Below are positions 41,001 through 54,009 of a stretch of 64,000 nt of DNA, piece after piece (within the stretch, counting starts at the first letter, position 1; each line of letters opens with the position of its first letter). A program made the translations under genes and the position numbers. Origin of the DNA: Raja brachyura (taxonomy: Eukaryota); contig OY740795.1 of NCBI GenBank assembly GCA_963514005.1, forward strand, positions 4,402,001-4,466,000, written 5' to 3'. Below the pieces are notes generated by a model, which ran no database searches, had not been told where the DNA came from, and saw nothing but the letters and a program-made list of their open reading frames with translations.

Positions 41001-44000
41001 AACAGGAATAAAATATAGTTACAGATCCACGTAAAACATTGATAGCAGTATTAGAAGTAATGATAGTAATAACAGTTGTAACAATTGTGGTGGCTCCAGC
41101 GGCAGTAGTAATAATAGAAATAATAATAGTAAGAATAATTGTAATAACAGTGAAGGTTGTAGCAGCGCTGTGATCATATAGATAGCAGTAGAAGGAATGG
41201 TCGTAGTAGATGTGATGATATAGTTGACGAGAAGGACCGCCCTGGGCCCAACGGACCCCCAAAATTCGTCTTTGTGCAGTCTCTTCCTGCTCTGTTGAAG
41301 AATCTCTGACCTGACATTGTTAATTCTGTTTGTATTTCCACAGATGCTGCACAGTTTGTCGAGTCCTCCTTCCGATTTATCTTTCTATTTCTGATTTCCA
41401 TCATATTTTGATATTTTTTTTGTCACATCGTTGCTCCCATGTGGCGAAATGTTTAAAATCGCATCCTCTAGCCGATGTTAGTACAGCCAAATCGGTAAAA
41501 TGGCAGTCACGTACAGTCGAATCAGGGAACAGATATGTGGAAAAGATAAGTGGTTTCATGCCATTGATCCATAAAAATGCTTTATTCTCTTTATAGTTAT
41601 TAACCGGAAAAATATTGCTTTATATGTTTGTTTCTTCAAGAATAGGTATTAAAGTTTGCGAAGTTTATCTGAACACAAGCAAGCATCATTTAATATTTTA
41701 TTTCGGATTAAATATTCTGCGAACATTAACACCAATGTTGTGATGTTTGGGCTGCGTGAGGCACCTGCATTTTAAGCTCTTGGAAAAAACATTCAGACCG
41801 TATTAATTCAGTTAAGTTGTCAGTGTGTCATGAAGAATGCCCCTATCTAACTTCCTCTCTGCGGCTTTAACATCCGACAGTATCTATCCAATGAACATAA
41901 CCCCCACATTTCCACTTTGAAAGCAACGTTTTTTCTGAGTAAGTACAATGCTGTTTAAAACGAGTGTGGTTTGAAATAAACCACACTCTGGGATCGAGTT
42001 AATTTTGCACGTAACTGCAGACATTTACCTTTTACGGTATGTCTGCATGATGCAGGTGCACTTGCGGTTCCAACGGTAGTTTCACATCTGAAATAATTCG
42101 AGAGAGGATTTCACCCGGACAGAAAGTCGAGGCATTCTGGAATGAAGATGAATTTTACGATGATCCTTAAAAATCAAACATTTTGTTGAACACTTGTGAC
42201 GCCGCGTTTAATGGGCTGGGTGTCATTTAGCGACACTATAAACACAAAAGTGAGGCTCGGGAGAAAACAGTTAAGTGAAATAAAATCGCATTTGGCAAGG
42301 ATAATTTTTTTTGACGGGAAGGTTAGGCTATAGATGGGGAATACGATCAATATTATTATTAGTTTCAGCAGAATGGGTTTAAAGTTAAAAGTATGGTATT
42401 TCAGTGAAAGACCTCATATAAATCTTTATCATGGTAGCCACTGTCGCTGTTGGACGATTGTCAATTGCAAGCAGGGTAAGATAGGAAGTTCGCACACACT
42501 GGGCATTTTGTGGAAGGTTTCTTCTTCCGACGTCAGTGATAAGTAAACTACAGTGCCGCTGCCACAGTGTAAGAAAGTATTTAAGGATTTGGAATGTGTA
42601 CAGAAGATAGCTTCTGGCATTTCACCTGGCTTCATGTCGGCATGTCAATTGGAGAAGGTAAAATCACACTTCATAAGGCAAGCAATTATGTTGAGTGCTT
42701 ACGTCGACTAGTACTTGAAAATGTTTCCGTTGCCTGAATTATCGCAGCGAATGGGGGGGGGGGGGGGGGGGGTGGATAGACTGACGTGCTTAGTATGACA
42801 TTGTGTAGAAACGAACTGCAGATGCTGGTTTACATCTAAGAAAGGCTCAGATTACTGGAGTAACTCTGTCGTTCAGGTAGCATTTAGGGAGGGATGAGGG
42901 ATGGAATGGGTGAGCCTTCTTCAGGAAGAGTGTCAGGGGAAAGTGAAACAGAAAATAAAATTGCACTGCTAGGCGGGAAATGGGGAACTAAATAATGCAA
43001 TTAAAGAAAGTTGTATGGTGACTCTCGCTATTTCAGACCCAACAGTGTGAAATACTAGAGCGCATCCATAGCCTTCCAGTTGTCCTTTCGTCAGTATCAC
43101 CTTAAACGGCATCTAATGAAAGCGGCGAGCAAACTTATCCTATTCCGGCCACTTTTTATTTGCGCCATAGCTATATTCTGCATAATCCTTGTATCCTGTT
43201 GCCTTTACCGTTTCTCATCTATTTACTCTTCCTTTCCCTTCTCCGCCCTCTAAAATTTCAACTTTAATCTCCATTTTGCTTCTTCCAAATAACTATGCTG
43301 CCCCCACTCTGCCCATCTCTGTAACTTAATTTCATGCACCGTTGCAAATGTGCTGGATGTTTACTGTAAGGTCCACGTATTACGCAATCGTATCCTGAAT
43401 ACCCAGATGCAGCTACCGTATATCATATGGCTAATAAGTGCTAGATGTCTACGGTAAACGAATCCGTTGTCCTCCAAAAGGAAACATTGCGCAGTTTTAG
43501 ACTTCTGTTGGAGACTGTCGTCGAATAACCCAGCGGTTCAGGTAGCATCGCAGGAGGATATGGATAGGCAATGTTTCGTGTCAGAACCCTTTATCAGATT
43601 GATTGTAGTAGGTGGAGAGAAATCTGGAAGACAGATGGAAGCGGGTAAAAGCAGGCAAGTGATTGGTGGAGACAGGTGAGGAGGGCTGTTTGATGAACAG
43701 GTGGGTAAAAAACGGCAAGAAATAACACTAAAATAAAGTCCAGTGAGATAAGAAGAGAGCGGCTCTAAGCGTTGCAGGTGGAAGCAGACGAGGTGGAGAA
43801 ATTTACGTGGCAAGTGGGTGATATTGGAAATTGTCTTGGTTTTAATTATTGAATCCTTGACTCGTTAAAACCATTTTTTCCCATTTCAAGAAAACGGTCA
43901 TGTTGTTACACAACAAAGAAACAGGCCGCACGGCCTACCATGTCTACGCCGGCCATCAAGTGCCCAGATATTGGTATTTAGAACGTTGGCCCAGACCGAT

Positions 44001-44331
44001 CTCATTCTCTATTGTGTGTCACAAAGTCAAGCCTGATGGGGGGATTATATACAGGCCCTCTGGGTTCTACCTTCAGGAACATTGTTTCCTTGAGACGACG
44101 ATAGAATGTTAACGTATTTGTGTGACCTGTCATCAGAATTAAGGAGCTGCGGTTATCCGGACCCACATTAATATAGTGGAGCCGTTACAATTAAATTATC
44201 AATCAAGCTCATAAAAGGATTTATTTAAAAAGAAATAATAGAACATTTGAATCTATTACACTTCTCTAACATCCTTATTAAATCTGGAAAAATCGCAAAT
44301 ATAAAATACAACCCCGCAATAACATCACATT

Positions 44332-45097
44332 ACACAGATTATATTATTCAAAAGTTAGGTTGAATAAATGTTATTCAAATATTTCACCCATCTGTGATAA
44401 ATGTCTTTCTCAAAATGCCAATTTCACACATTCTTTCGTTTCTTGCACAAAACTCCAAAGATTTTGGTGTGATATATTTGATATATTCACTAGTTTATTT
44501 AAGATAAAAATGGAACCTAGCATGGAAATGATTATTTTTGGAGTAATAGGAGATGGAAACAAATTAAATATATCCCAAATCTCATTTTTTAATTATGGTT
44601 TAATAACAGCGAAAAAACTGATACTCAAATTCTGGAAAAAGGCTACTATACCAACACTCAAAATGTGAATTGGTAATATGTTGGAAACGGCCCATTCGGA
44701 AGAAATGAGACTCCTTCTAAAAGAAAAAAAAAGACCAATTCTTAACGAGCTGGTCTCCATTTATTGACTTTGTGGATTCATGTGGTGCAATAGTATCGTA
44801 AAATTAAAAATTCTGGGATTGAGTGAAAAATGATTAAGAATATAAAAGAAACATCGACTTGTGGCGTGGGGGAATCTCTTTTCTGCTTCACATTCTCACT
44901 TATTTCTTTCCTTACACCACATTCACTAGACTATTCTTTACTCTTCACTACCCCTTTCTTTCTCATTTCTTTCTAAAAAAAAATGGAAGTTGTACAAAGA
45001 ATGTTTTAATAATTCTGGGAACCGGTAAAAAGGTACTATTAAAATGTAATGTACTTCTAATAAATAAATTAAAAAATAATAATAATTTTAAAAAAAG
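44332..45097 (+). mobile_element. 5'-truncated L1-clade LINE with 11-bp TSD (aacatcacatt, 44321-44331 and 45098-45108)
   Basis: CDKC..THSFVSC zinc-knuckle C-terminus and A-rich tail. Absent from the paralogous site near 48375. Confidence 0.88.
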
Positions 45098-45170
45098 AAC
45101 ATCACATTCTCACGGAGTCCACGCCTGATTGTAGCGGGTTATGTGTACATAATTCACAGACTGAACTTAT

Positions 45171-45209
45171 AGTTTTTGTACCAGTGCCCTGTGATCTTGT
45201 AACATGGTG
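45171..45209 (-). other. recombination signal sequence of V2: CACCATG-N23-ACAAAAACT
   Basis: Heptamer 45203-45209 (CAC intact), 23-nt spacer, nonamer 45171-45179. Confidence 0.85.
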
Positions 45210-45759
45210 GTTCATGGCCGCGCAGTAATACACAGCGGAGTCGGACAACTCCGCGAGTGAGATATTCAGAGGGACGCGAGCGTTCATTCTGTCCTGCCGT
45301 GCAGTAAACCGCTTTTTGAAAGCTGGCGCGTTCTCTTCCAGATTTGCTGTGTGCCTGACCAACATATACTGCGGTCCACAACCCTCGAACTGGACGTACC
45401 AGTAAAAGTAAGCAGCAGTGTAGGTGGTGGGGTAGTCACATGGAAGGGTCGCAGTATTTCCTTCACTTATCACCAAGGCTGAAGGTTCTTGGGACAAAAT
45501 GTCCTGAGTGCTAACTTCTGAAATCAAATTACAAAAGATTTATTAATTACATATAATATATAAAGCACAACAACCCAACGCGGGAATTACAGTGGAAGCT
45601 TTCGCGAGAAACGATTGCAAGATTACGAGACACCGAGTCACATTTTAACCTCCCACGTCCATCAACTCCCACCCCAGCCCAATACCTTCCCACCCTCCAT
45701 TCCCCACCCCTGCACGCCAGCATCTGTGAGCAGATAAAGAATGTGCCGAAGATTCTCAT
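45210..45759 (-). CDS. T-cell receptor alpha/delta-type V segment V2; putative leader 45708..45759, V exon 45210..45517
   Basis: Leader MRIFGTFFICSQMLACR-G|gtgggg. Acceptor gatttcag|AA in phase 1. V domain DILSQEP..ATLPC..YFYWYVQ..KRF..VPLNISLAELSDSAVYYCAA followed by a 23-RSS. Confidence 0.87.
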
Positions 45760-46719
45760 TTTGATTTACAGTTCTGTGCGACTAATAGCTGCTCGATCGG
45801 ACATGTGTGTCGGTGCTGAAGTGCGGAGAGATCGCGGCTCCATAGGTGTTCTCCAGAGTGTCCGATCCTGATCAAAATCTCCTGGGAACTCACTCCTGTT
45901 CACCACCGATTGTGACAGAAATCCAGATTCATAGTCATACATCACGAAACAGAACCTGCGGCCCAATTTATCAATGCCGACCAAGCCACCCTCTCTACAC
46001 TAGTCCCTCCTTTCCGCGTTTTCCCCTTCCAAACCTCTCCTTTGCGTGTACCTGTCGAAATGTCTTTTAAATGTTGAGATAACACCTGCCTCAACTACCT
46101 CCGAAGGCAGCTCGTTCCATGTACCTATCAACCTTTGTGTGACAAAGTTGCCTCTCAGGTTCCTGTTAAATATTTATATTCTCACCTCAATCACTGAACT
46201 CTTATCTTAAATATTTCCCCAATCACATTATTATGCTTTAAAAAAATGGTAACATCAATAAATATCAAAAGGTCTCGTTAAATACCCACCTGGTGGCATG
46301 GATAGAAAGAAAATGAATGTCTGAGCGCATAATGCCCTGATGGCTAATAGGCAATGCCAATTAGGAGCCATGTCCATGTTTTATTTCACCTGCAAAAATC
46401 CTAGCCGTTCCGATCGCTTCCGGGAATGAAAACATTGAGCTGGACCGATTTTAAAAGAAAGAAAGGCGCGCACCTGTTCTACCCAAATACTGCGGCATTA
46501 TGTATCAATTTTCGTTGCTAGGCGTGGTCGTACATCCGTTAGGTGTCGGTTAAATAGGAGGCGGATTAACAGTTGAACTGTGAATAAATTAAGATCGCAA
46601 TACATTTTCCTATTGATGGACACAATGCCCCTTAATTTCTAATTGGCCAGTCATATTCCATTGTGTTTTAATATTATACAATTCACTTCCGCTGCTTTTG
46701 TACCTATGATCTTCCATTT

Positions 46720-47120
46720 TGGAGAATCGTCCGATCACCTGAGAAGGTTATTGGCTGCAACCTTCCCTCCATTGACGAACTGTACACTGCAAGCGCCATG
46801 AAGCGAGCGGGTAAGATCATCTCTGACCCCTCTCAACCTGACAACGAACTCTTAGAATCGCTTCGCTCTGGAAGGCGGCTCCGAACTGTCAAAGCTGCCA
46901 CAGCCAGACACAAAAACCGCTTTTTTCCACGAGTAGTAGCTCTACTCAATACCCAAAAGTCTCCAGCCTCCTTTTGCTCTGATATTTTATTTAATTCACA
47001 TGTTTAATCGATAATGTTTTATTATTAATGTTTAATGTTTTATGCGTTATTCCTAACTGTCACCGTATGTCATTGGCACTTGCGGGCGGAGCTCCATGGC
47101 AAATTCCTTGTATGTGAATA
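46720..47120 (+). mobile_element. Rex1/Babar-type LINE 3' fragment (duplicated at ~50000-50395)
   Basis: RIVRS.EKVIGCNLPSIDELY..KRAGKIISDPS; followed by a minus-strand CR1 tail. Confidence 0.8.
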
Positions 47121-48445
47121 AACATAGAGACATAGGAAATAGGTGCAGAAGGAGGCCATTCGCCCCTCGAGCCAGCACCGCCGGTCATTGTGATCATGGC
47201 TGATCGTCACCAATCAATATCCGTGCCTGCCTTCTCCCCATATCATAGAAACATAGAAACATAGAAAATAGGTACAGGAGTAGGCCATTCGGCCCTTCGA
47301 GCCTGTACCGCCATTCAATTTGATCATAGCTGATAATCCAACTCAGTATCCTGTACCTGCCTTCTCTCCATACCCCCTGATCCCCTTAGCCACAAGGGCC
47401 ACATCTAACTCCCTCTTAAATATAGCCAATGAACTAGCCTCAACTACCTTCTGTGGCAGAGAATTCCAGAGACCCACCACTCTCTGTGTAAAAAATGTTT
47501 TCCTCATCACCTTAAACGGCATCTAATGAAAGCGGCGAGAAAACTCATCCTATTCCGGCCACTCTTTATTTGCGCCATAGCTATATTCTGCATAATCATT
47601 ATATCCTGTTGCCTTTACCGTTCCTCGTCTATTTACTCTTCCTTTCCCTTCTCCGCCCTCTATAATTTCAACCTTAATCTCCATCTTGCTTCTTCCAAAT
47701 AAGTATGCTGCCCCCACTCTGCCCATCTCTGTAACTTAATTTCATGCACCGTTGCCAATGTGCTGGATGTTTACTGTAAGATCCACGTGTGACGCAATCG
47801 TATCCTGAATACGCAGAAGCAGCTACCGTATATCATATGGCTAATAAGTGTTAGATGTCTATGGGAAACGAATCCGTTGTCCTCCAAAAGGAAACATTGC
47901 GCAATTTTAGTCTTATGTTGGACACTGTATCGACGAATAACCCAGCGGGTCAGGTAGCACCGCAGGTGGATATGGATACGCAATGTTTCGTGTCAGAACC
48001 CTTTATCAGATTGATTGTAGTAGGTGGAGAGAAATCTGGAAAACAGATGGAAGCGGGTAAAAGCAGGCAAGTGATTGATGGAGACAGGTGAGGAGGGCTG
48101 TTTGATGAACAGGTGGGTAGAAAACGACAAGAAATGAAACTAAATTAACGGCCAGTGAGATAAGAAGAGAGCGGCTCGAAGCGTTGCAGGTGGAAGGAGA
48201 CGAGGGGATGACACGCACATTAATATAGTGGAGTCTTTACAAATAAATTATCAATCAAGCTTATAAAAGGATTTATTTAAAAATAAATAATAGAACATTT
48301 GAAACTATTGCACTTCTCTAACATCCTTATTCGTTCTGGAAAAATCGCAAATATAAAATACAACCCCGCAATAACATCACATGCTCACGAAGTCGAGTCC
48401 TCATTGGAGCGTGTTATGTGTACATAATTCACAGACTGAACTGAT

Positions 48446-48484
48446 AGTTTTTGTACCAGTGCCCTGTGATCTTGTAACATGGTG
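48446..48484 (-). other. recombination signal sequence of V3: CACCATG-N23-ACAAAAACT
   Basis: Identical to the V2 RSS. Confidence 0.85.
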
Positions 48485-49055
48485 GTACATGGCCGCGCAG
48501 TAATACACAGCGGAGTCAGACAACTCCGCGAGTGAGATGTTCAGAGGGATGCGAGCGTTCATTTGGTCCTGCAGTGCAGTAAACCGCTTTTTGAAAGCTG
48601 GCGCGTTCTCTTCCAGATTTGCTGTGTGCCTGACCAACATATACTGCGGTCCACAACCCTCGAACTGGACGTACCAGTAAAAGTAAGCAGCAGTGTAGGT
48701 GGCGGGGTAGTCACAGGGAAGGGTCGCAGTATTTCCTTCACTTATCACCAAGGCTGAAGGTTCTTGGGACAAAATGTCCTCAGTGCTAACTTCTGAAATC
48801 AAATTACCAAAGATTTATTAATTACATATAATATATAAAGCACAACAATCCAACGCGGGAATTACAGTTGAAGATTTCGCGAGAAATTATGACCCGATGA
48901 TTGCGAGATTGCGAGATACCGAGTCACATTTTAACCTCCCACGTCGATCAACCTCCACCCCATCCCAATACCTTCCCACCCTTCATTCCCCACCCCTACA
49001 CGCCACCATCTGTGAGCAGATAAAGAATGTGCCGAAGAGGTTTCTAACTTCTCAT
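48485..49055 (-). pseudogene. T-cell receptor alpha/delta-type V segment V3; V exon 48485..48792 is open but the leader (48994..49055) is disrupted
   Basis: The V exon is nearly identical to V2. The leader has 10 extra nt relative to V2, giving ATG AGA AGT TAG. Confidence 0.75.
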
Positions 49056-50394
49056 TTTGACTTGCAGCTCTGTGCGACTAATAGCTGCTCGAGCGGACAT
49101 GTGTGTCGGTGCTTAAGTGTGGAGAGATCGCACCTCCATATATGTTCTCCAGAGTCTCCAATCCTCATGAAAGAGGGAGCTCACTCCTGCTCACCACCGA
49201 TTGTGATCCAAATCCAGATTCATAGTCACACCTCACGAAACAGAACCTGCGGCGCAATTTATCAATGCCGACCAATCTCTACATTCGTCCCACCTTCCCG
49301 CGTTTTGCTCTCCAAACCTCTCCTTTGCGTGTACCTGTCGAAATGTCTTTTAAATGTTGAGATAATACCTGTCTCAACTACCCACGAAGGCAGCTCGTTC
49401 CATGTACAAACTTTGTGTGACAAAGTTACCTCTCAGGTTCCTGTTAAATATTTCTCTTCTCACCTCATTCACTCCACTCTTACGTTAAATATTTCCCCAA
49501 TCACATTATTATGCTTTAAAAAAATTGGTAAAATCAATAAATATCAAAAGGTCTCGTTAAATACCCACCTGGTGGCATGGATATGAAGAAAATGAATGTC
49601 TGAGCGTACAATGCCGTGATGGCTAATACGCAGTGGCAATTAGGAGCCATGTCCATGTTTTATTCCACCTGCAAAGTTTCTAGCCGTTCAGATCCGTTTC
49701 CGGCAATCAAAACATTGAGCTGGACCGATTTTAAAAGAAAGAAAGGCGCGCACCTGTCCTACCCAAATACTGCGGCATTATGTATCAATTTTCGTTGTTC
49801 GGCGTGATCGTACATCCGTTAGGTGTAGCGTAAATAGGAGGCGGAGGAACAGTTGAACTGTGAATAAATTAAGATCGCAATACATTTCCCTATTGATGGA
49901 TACAATGCCCCTTGATTTCTAATTGGCCAGTCATATTCCATTGTGTTTTATTATTATACAATTCTCTTCCGGTTCCTTTATACCTGTGATCCTCCATTTT
50001 GGAGAATCGTCCGATCAGCTGAGAAGGTTATTGGCTGCAACCTTCCGTCCATTGACGAACTGTACACTGTAAGGGCCAGGAAGCGAGCGGGTAATATAAT
50101 CTCTGACCCCCCTCAGCCTGGCCACAAACTCTTTGAATCACTTCCTTCGGGAAGGAACTGTCAAAGCTGCCACAGACAGACATAAAAACAGCTTATTTTC
50201 CCACGAGTAGTAGCTCTACTCAATAACCAAAAGTCTGTAGCCTCCTTTTCCTCTGGTGTTTTATTTAATTCAAATGTTTTATCGATAATGTTTTATTATT
50301 GATGTTTCTTGTTTTATGTGTCATTCCGAACTGTCACTGTATGCCATTGTCACTTGCGGGCGGAGCTCCAAGGCAAATTCCTTGTATGTGAATA

Positions 50395-51510
50395 AACATA
50401 GAAACATAGAAAATAGGTGCAGGACGAGGCCATTCGGCCCCTCGAGCCAGCAGCCTGCCTTCTCCCCATATCATAGAAACATAGAACATAGAAATATGAT
50501 CATGGTTGATCATCCAACTCAGTATCCCTTACGTGCCTACTCTCCAAACCCCCTGATCCCTTTAGCTACAAGGGCCACATCTAACTCCCTCTTAAATATA
50601 TCTCCCTCTTATCCATTGATTTCACCCGCCCCTAGAGCTCTATCTAACTCTGTCATAAATCCATCCAGCGATTTGGCCTCCACTGTCCTCTGTGGCAGGG
50701 AATTCCATAAATTCACATCTCTCTGGGTGAAAAATGTTTTTCTCACCTCAGTCCAAAATGGCATCCCCTTTATTCTTAGACTGTGGCCCCTGGTTCTGGA
50801 CTCGCCCTTCATTAGGAACATGTTTCCTTCATCTAACCTGTCGTCCTTTTATAATGTTATATGTTTCTATAAGATCCCCCCTTATCCTTCTAGACTCCAG
50901 TGAATACAAGCCTAGTCTTTTCAATCTTTCCTCATATGACAGTCCCGCCATCCCAGGGATGAATCTCGTGAACCTATGCTGCACTGCCTCAATCACAAGG
51001 ATGTCCTTCCTCAGAGATGATCTTACCTGCTCGCTTCCTGGCCCTTGCCGTGTCCAGTTCGTCACTGGAGGGAAGGTTGCAGCCAATAACCTTCTGAGCT
51101 GATCGGACGATAGATGCATAGCTGCATAGATAGCCGTACAGAGCCGTACAGCCTGTGGCAGATTGTGCTTCCACAGCTGCCGCTGGAAGTACGTCATCGG
51201 TTGTGCCTTTTTGACTGTGGAGTCGATGTTTCCCCCCATTTAAGGTCATTGGAGATTATGGTTCCCAGGAACTTCAAAGGCTCCACATGAATGTGGTGTT
51301 GTTGACGGTGAGTGGGGTGAGGGGAGGGGGAGCCCTCCTAAAGTCTCCAATCAATTCCACTGTTTTAAGAGCATTGAGCTCCGGGTTGTTGCAATGGCAC
51401 AAGGACGGCAGCTGTGTACATTCATGTCTTTACGCAGATTCCTCCCTATCCTGGATCAGTCCAATCAGGGTTGTGTCATCCGCAAACTTGAGAAGCTTGA
51501 CAGAGGAGTC
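50395..51510 (-). mobile_element. nested CR1 (to ~51012) and Rex1/Babar (~51012-51510) fragments
   Basis: RKDILVIEAVQHRFTRFIPGMAGLSYEERL (CR1). Rex1 RT part with reverse-strand KFADDTTLIGLI. Confidence 0.75.
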
Positions 51511-51519
51511 AGTGGAGGT

Positions 51520-53970
51520 ACTTTAGAGGTCTGCATCCCCGCTTCCTCTTTAGACTGTCAGAACTATCTGAGTTCTGCAGCTAACCAGGGTTTGTCGTTG
51601 GAAGGGGACTCCTACGACAATGAGTCAGTGGATGTTCTCACTCCCCCCGACGCCACTCCCCTCATTCCAGTGTAGGAAATCCAAAAGTTCATCGTGACCA
51701 CTGAGGGAGCCCAAAATCGGCCCAGACTGGCCTCCCTCCGCTGACCAAACGTACAAGGGCTCACTGGCTCACTGAACCTCATCCTCAAAAGCGGTGGGAG
51801 GGGCACTGGAGCGATGGGGTTGAAGGGGAACGACCGGCGTCAGCTCAGGTCCTTCTTGGACCTGCAACTAAATGGATGCAACTAAATTTAAAGTGGCACT
51901 TTCTTCCCAATAACCCTCTCTGGCTTAACCCCTCCCTTCACCACCTCCAGTTTAAATTCCAGTTGGAATATTTTGGAGGACCAAATAACAAAGAAGACCA
52001 AGACGACCTGGAAAAGGACGCCAAGGCTCAGAGCAGCGTTGTTCCTGCTGAGGGTAGAGGGAGCAGTAGAGCACCCCTTGTTGCCAAGATCCGGAAGGTA
52101 AGACGCACCGCCACGCCACCTAGCGTCCGTAGGGGGAGGAGCGGTTCTGCTGTCAGCGACCGGCGGGACGGTGAGGGGATCAGGTGTACTCCAGACATGG
52201 CGATCACCATAGCCAGTTGCAACATAATTGGCAGCAAGAGGCCTCTCCGCACGTTTAAGCATCTTTCAACCCTGATGGATGGGATATATGCGTGACCTTC
52301 ATGCAGGAAACCCACACCATCCCAGGAGACGAATTCACTTGGGTCCTGGAGTGGGTTAGTGTGGTCTTCATGAGCCACCTCTGCTCCATTTCCAATGGGG
52401 TGGTCTTTTTATAGCACTCGAATTTCCGGCAAGAAATCCTAAAAGTCCAGGAACTGGTGCCAGGAGGTGAAATTTTTTTTCAAGTTCCTACCTTCCCGGA
52501 GATCAATTTTTGGATCACAATCTCCGGGCTTTGCGGCCTACCATCGCTGGAGTTGGAGGCCTCCTCGGACCGTCCACCGACTTAACAGCGGAGCGGATTC
52601 CTTGCCAGGGATCGCTCCCACCGCGGCCTGCGGACTTACCATCAAGGGCTCGCAGTCTCGGGAGAGGCTAGTCGGGAGCTCCAACGCCGCAGAAGGTTCG
52701 ACCAGCCCCGACGGGAGGTTCGATCGCCCAGCGCGGGGAAGCTGACAACCCCCGATGCAGGAGCTGTACGCCTCAACGCGGAGGGCCCGAACGCCGCCGG
52801 CTACGGGAGTAAAGATAGTCCTATCAACGAAGGCTCCCGACCAAGGAGGAACAAAAGGAAGGACTTGAACTTTATTTCGCCTTCCATCATAGAGAGGAAT
52901 GTGCAGGAGTCACTATGGTGGATGTTCATGTTAAAATGTGTTTTTGAGTCTGTTGCTTTTCATTGTATGACTGACCTGGCTAGTGAAATTCCTCGTGTGT
53001 TGCAAAACATACTTGGTGAATAAAATCTGGCTCTGATTCTGATTCTGATTCTGATTCTTCAAGATGCCGATGGTGGATGTCAGCCATACCATCCTGCTGA
53101 GGATGTCCGGCTTCCACCTGGACTTGTTGAGAGTCTGGAACCTGGTTGATGTCGACTGCCCCCCCCCCCCCCCCCCCCCACCTCTGCCGGTGGAGGGCGA
53201 CGGCCCAGGCGTGAGAGCAGCCGGCTCTTGTCCCGCCCCACCAGTTGTCGGGGGGCTGAAACTTGTGTACTTGCGACTGAGCAAACCCCCGTTCAGCCGG
53301 AGGTACTCGTCGGATCCAGGTGCCGTAATCCTTCCCTGTAGCCGGTCCCACACAACTTGAGCCGCCTTTCCTCCACACTCTGCATTTCCTCGCCCTGGTC
53401 TACGGTCCGGACAATAATTGCCTTCCGGTCGCGAGAGGGCCCCCGGTGGAGATCCCTCTACGCAGGGATTCTCACCCTCTGCATCGGGGACCTGGGATGG
53501 AGGGTGTTGCACCGACGAGTCCCTTGCAACCTGTTTCTCTCGCGGTTCACAGACCCGCGACCCACATGCCACTTTTGCGGGCTGGAAGAGTCTGTATCAC
53601 GTTTATATGGAGTATGTGAGGTTGCAGCCCCTGTTCTATTATCTAATGGTGCTGCTCCTTGCCTTCTGGCTGCACTTCTCACCCCCCATCCTCATCTTTG
53701 GACAGCCTGTGCATAGGGGAGAGGGTAGGGCTGGGAATGTCCTGGTTGGGTTGTTCCAAGGCCCGGGGAAGATGGCCATCTGCGAGTCACAGCGCCAGGC
53801 GGAAGAGGGCTCTGCTCGAGCCGGCTGCCTGCCCCTTTTCCGGGGTTACGTTTGTGCCCGGTGGTGTTAGAGAATGTACACGGGCACCTTGGGGGAATTT
53901 CCGGGACCGTTGGGCACCGTGGGAGGTTGAATGCATCCTTGACTATGATTGTAGGATAGTTGTATAATAG
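51520..53970 (+). mobile_element. decayed Tx1-clade LINE, interrupted by a GC-rich repeat (~52470-53055)
   Basis: Endonuclease start ITIASCNI..QETH near 52200-52320. C-terminal DLGWRVLH..CHFCGLEESV.H..LHFSP.ILIFG. Confidence 0.7.
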
Positions 53971-54009
53971 TTGTTGACACGAAGCGGGGGGGGGGGGGGG
54001 GGGGGGGTG

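Larger units (their letters stand above)
43096..47505 (+). repeat. tandem duplication unit C (contains V2 and L1 insertion)
   Basis: atcaccttaaacggcatctaatg starts both this unit and the next (47506); the two are collinear. Confidence 0.88.
47506..50600 (+). repeat. tandem duplication unit D (contains V3)
   Basis: Collinear with 43096-47505 apart from the L1 and a ~0.37-kb indel. Confidence 0.88.

Noticed and set aside
42430-42600. CACAGTG with J-like 'CGSGT' reading and a nearby gtaag donor
   Set aside because: No nonamer at 12/23 spacing and no FGxG motif downstream of the heptamer, so it cannot be supported as a J or D segment.
48897-49586. 229-aa plus-strand ORF
   Set aside because: Antisense to the V3 leader/CR1 relic, not open in the paralogous unit and has no domain.
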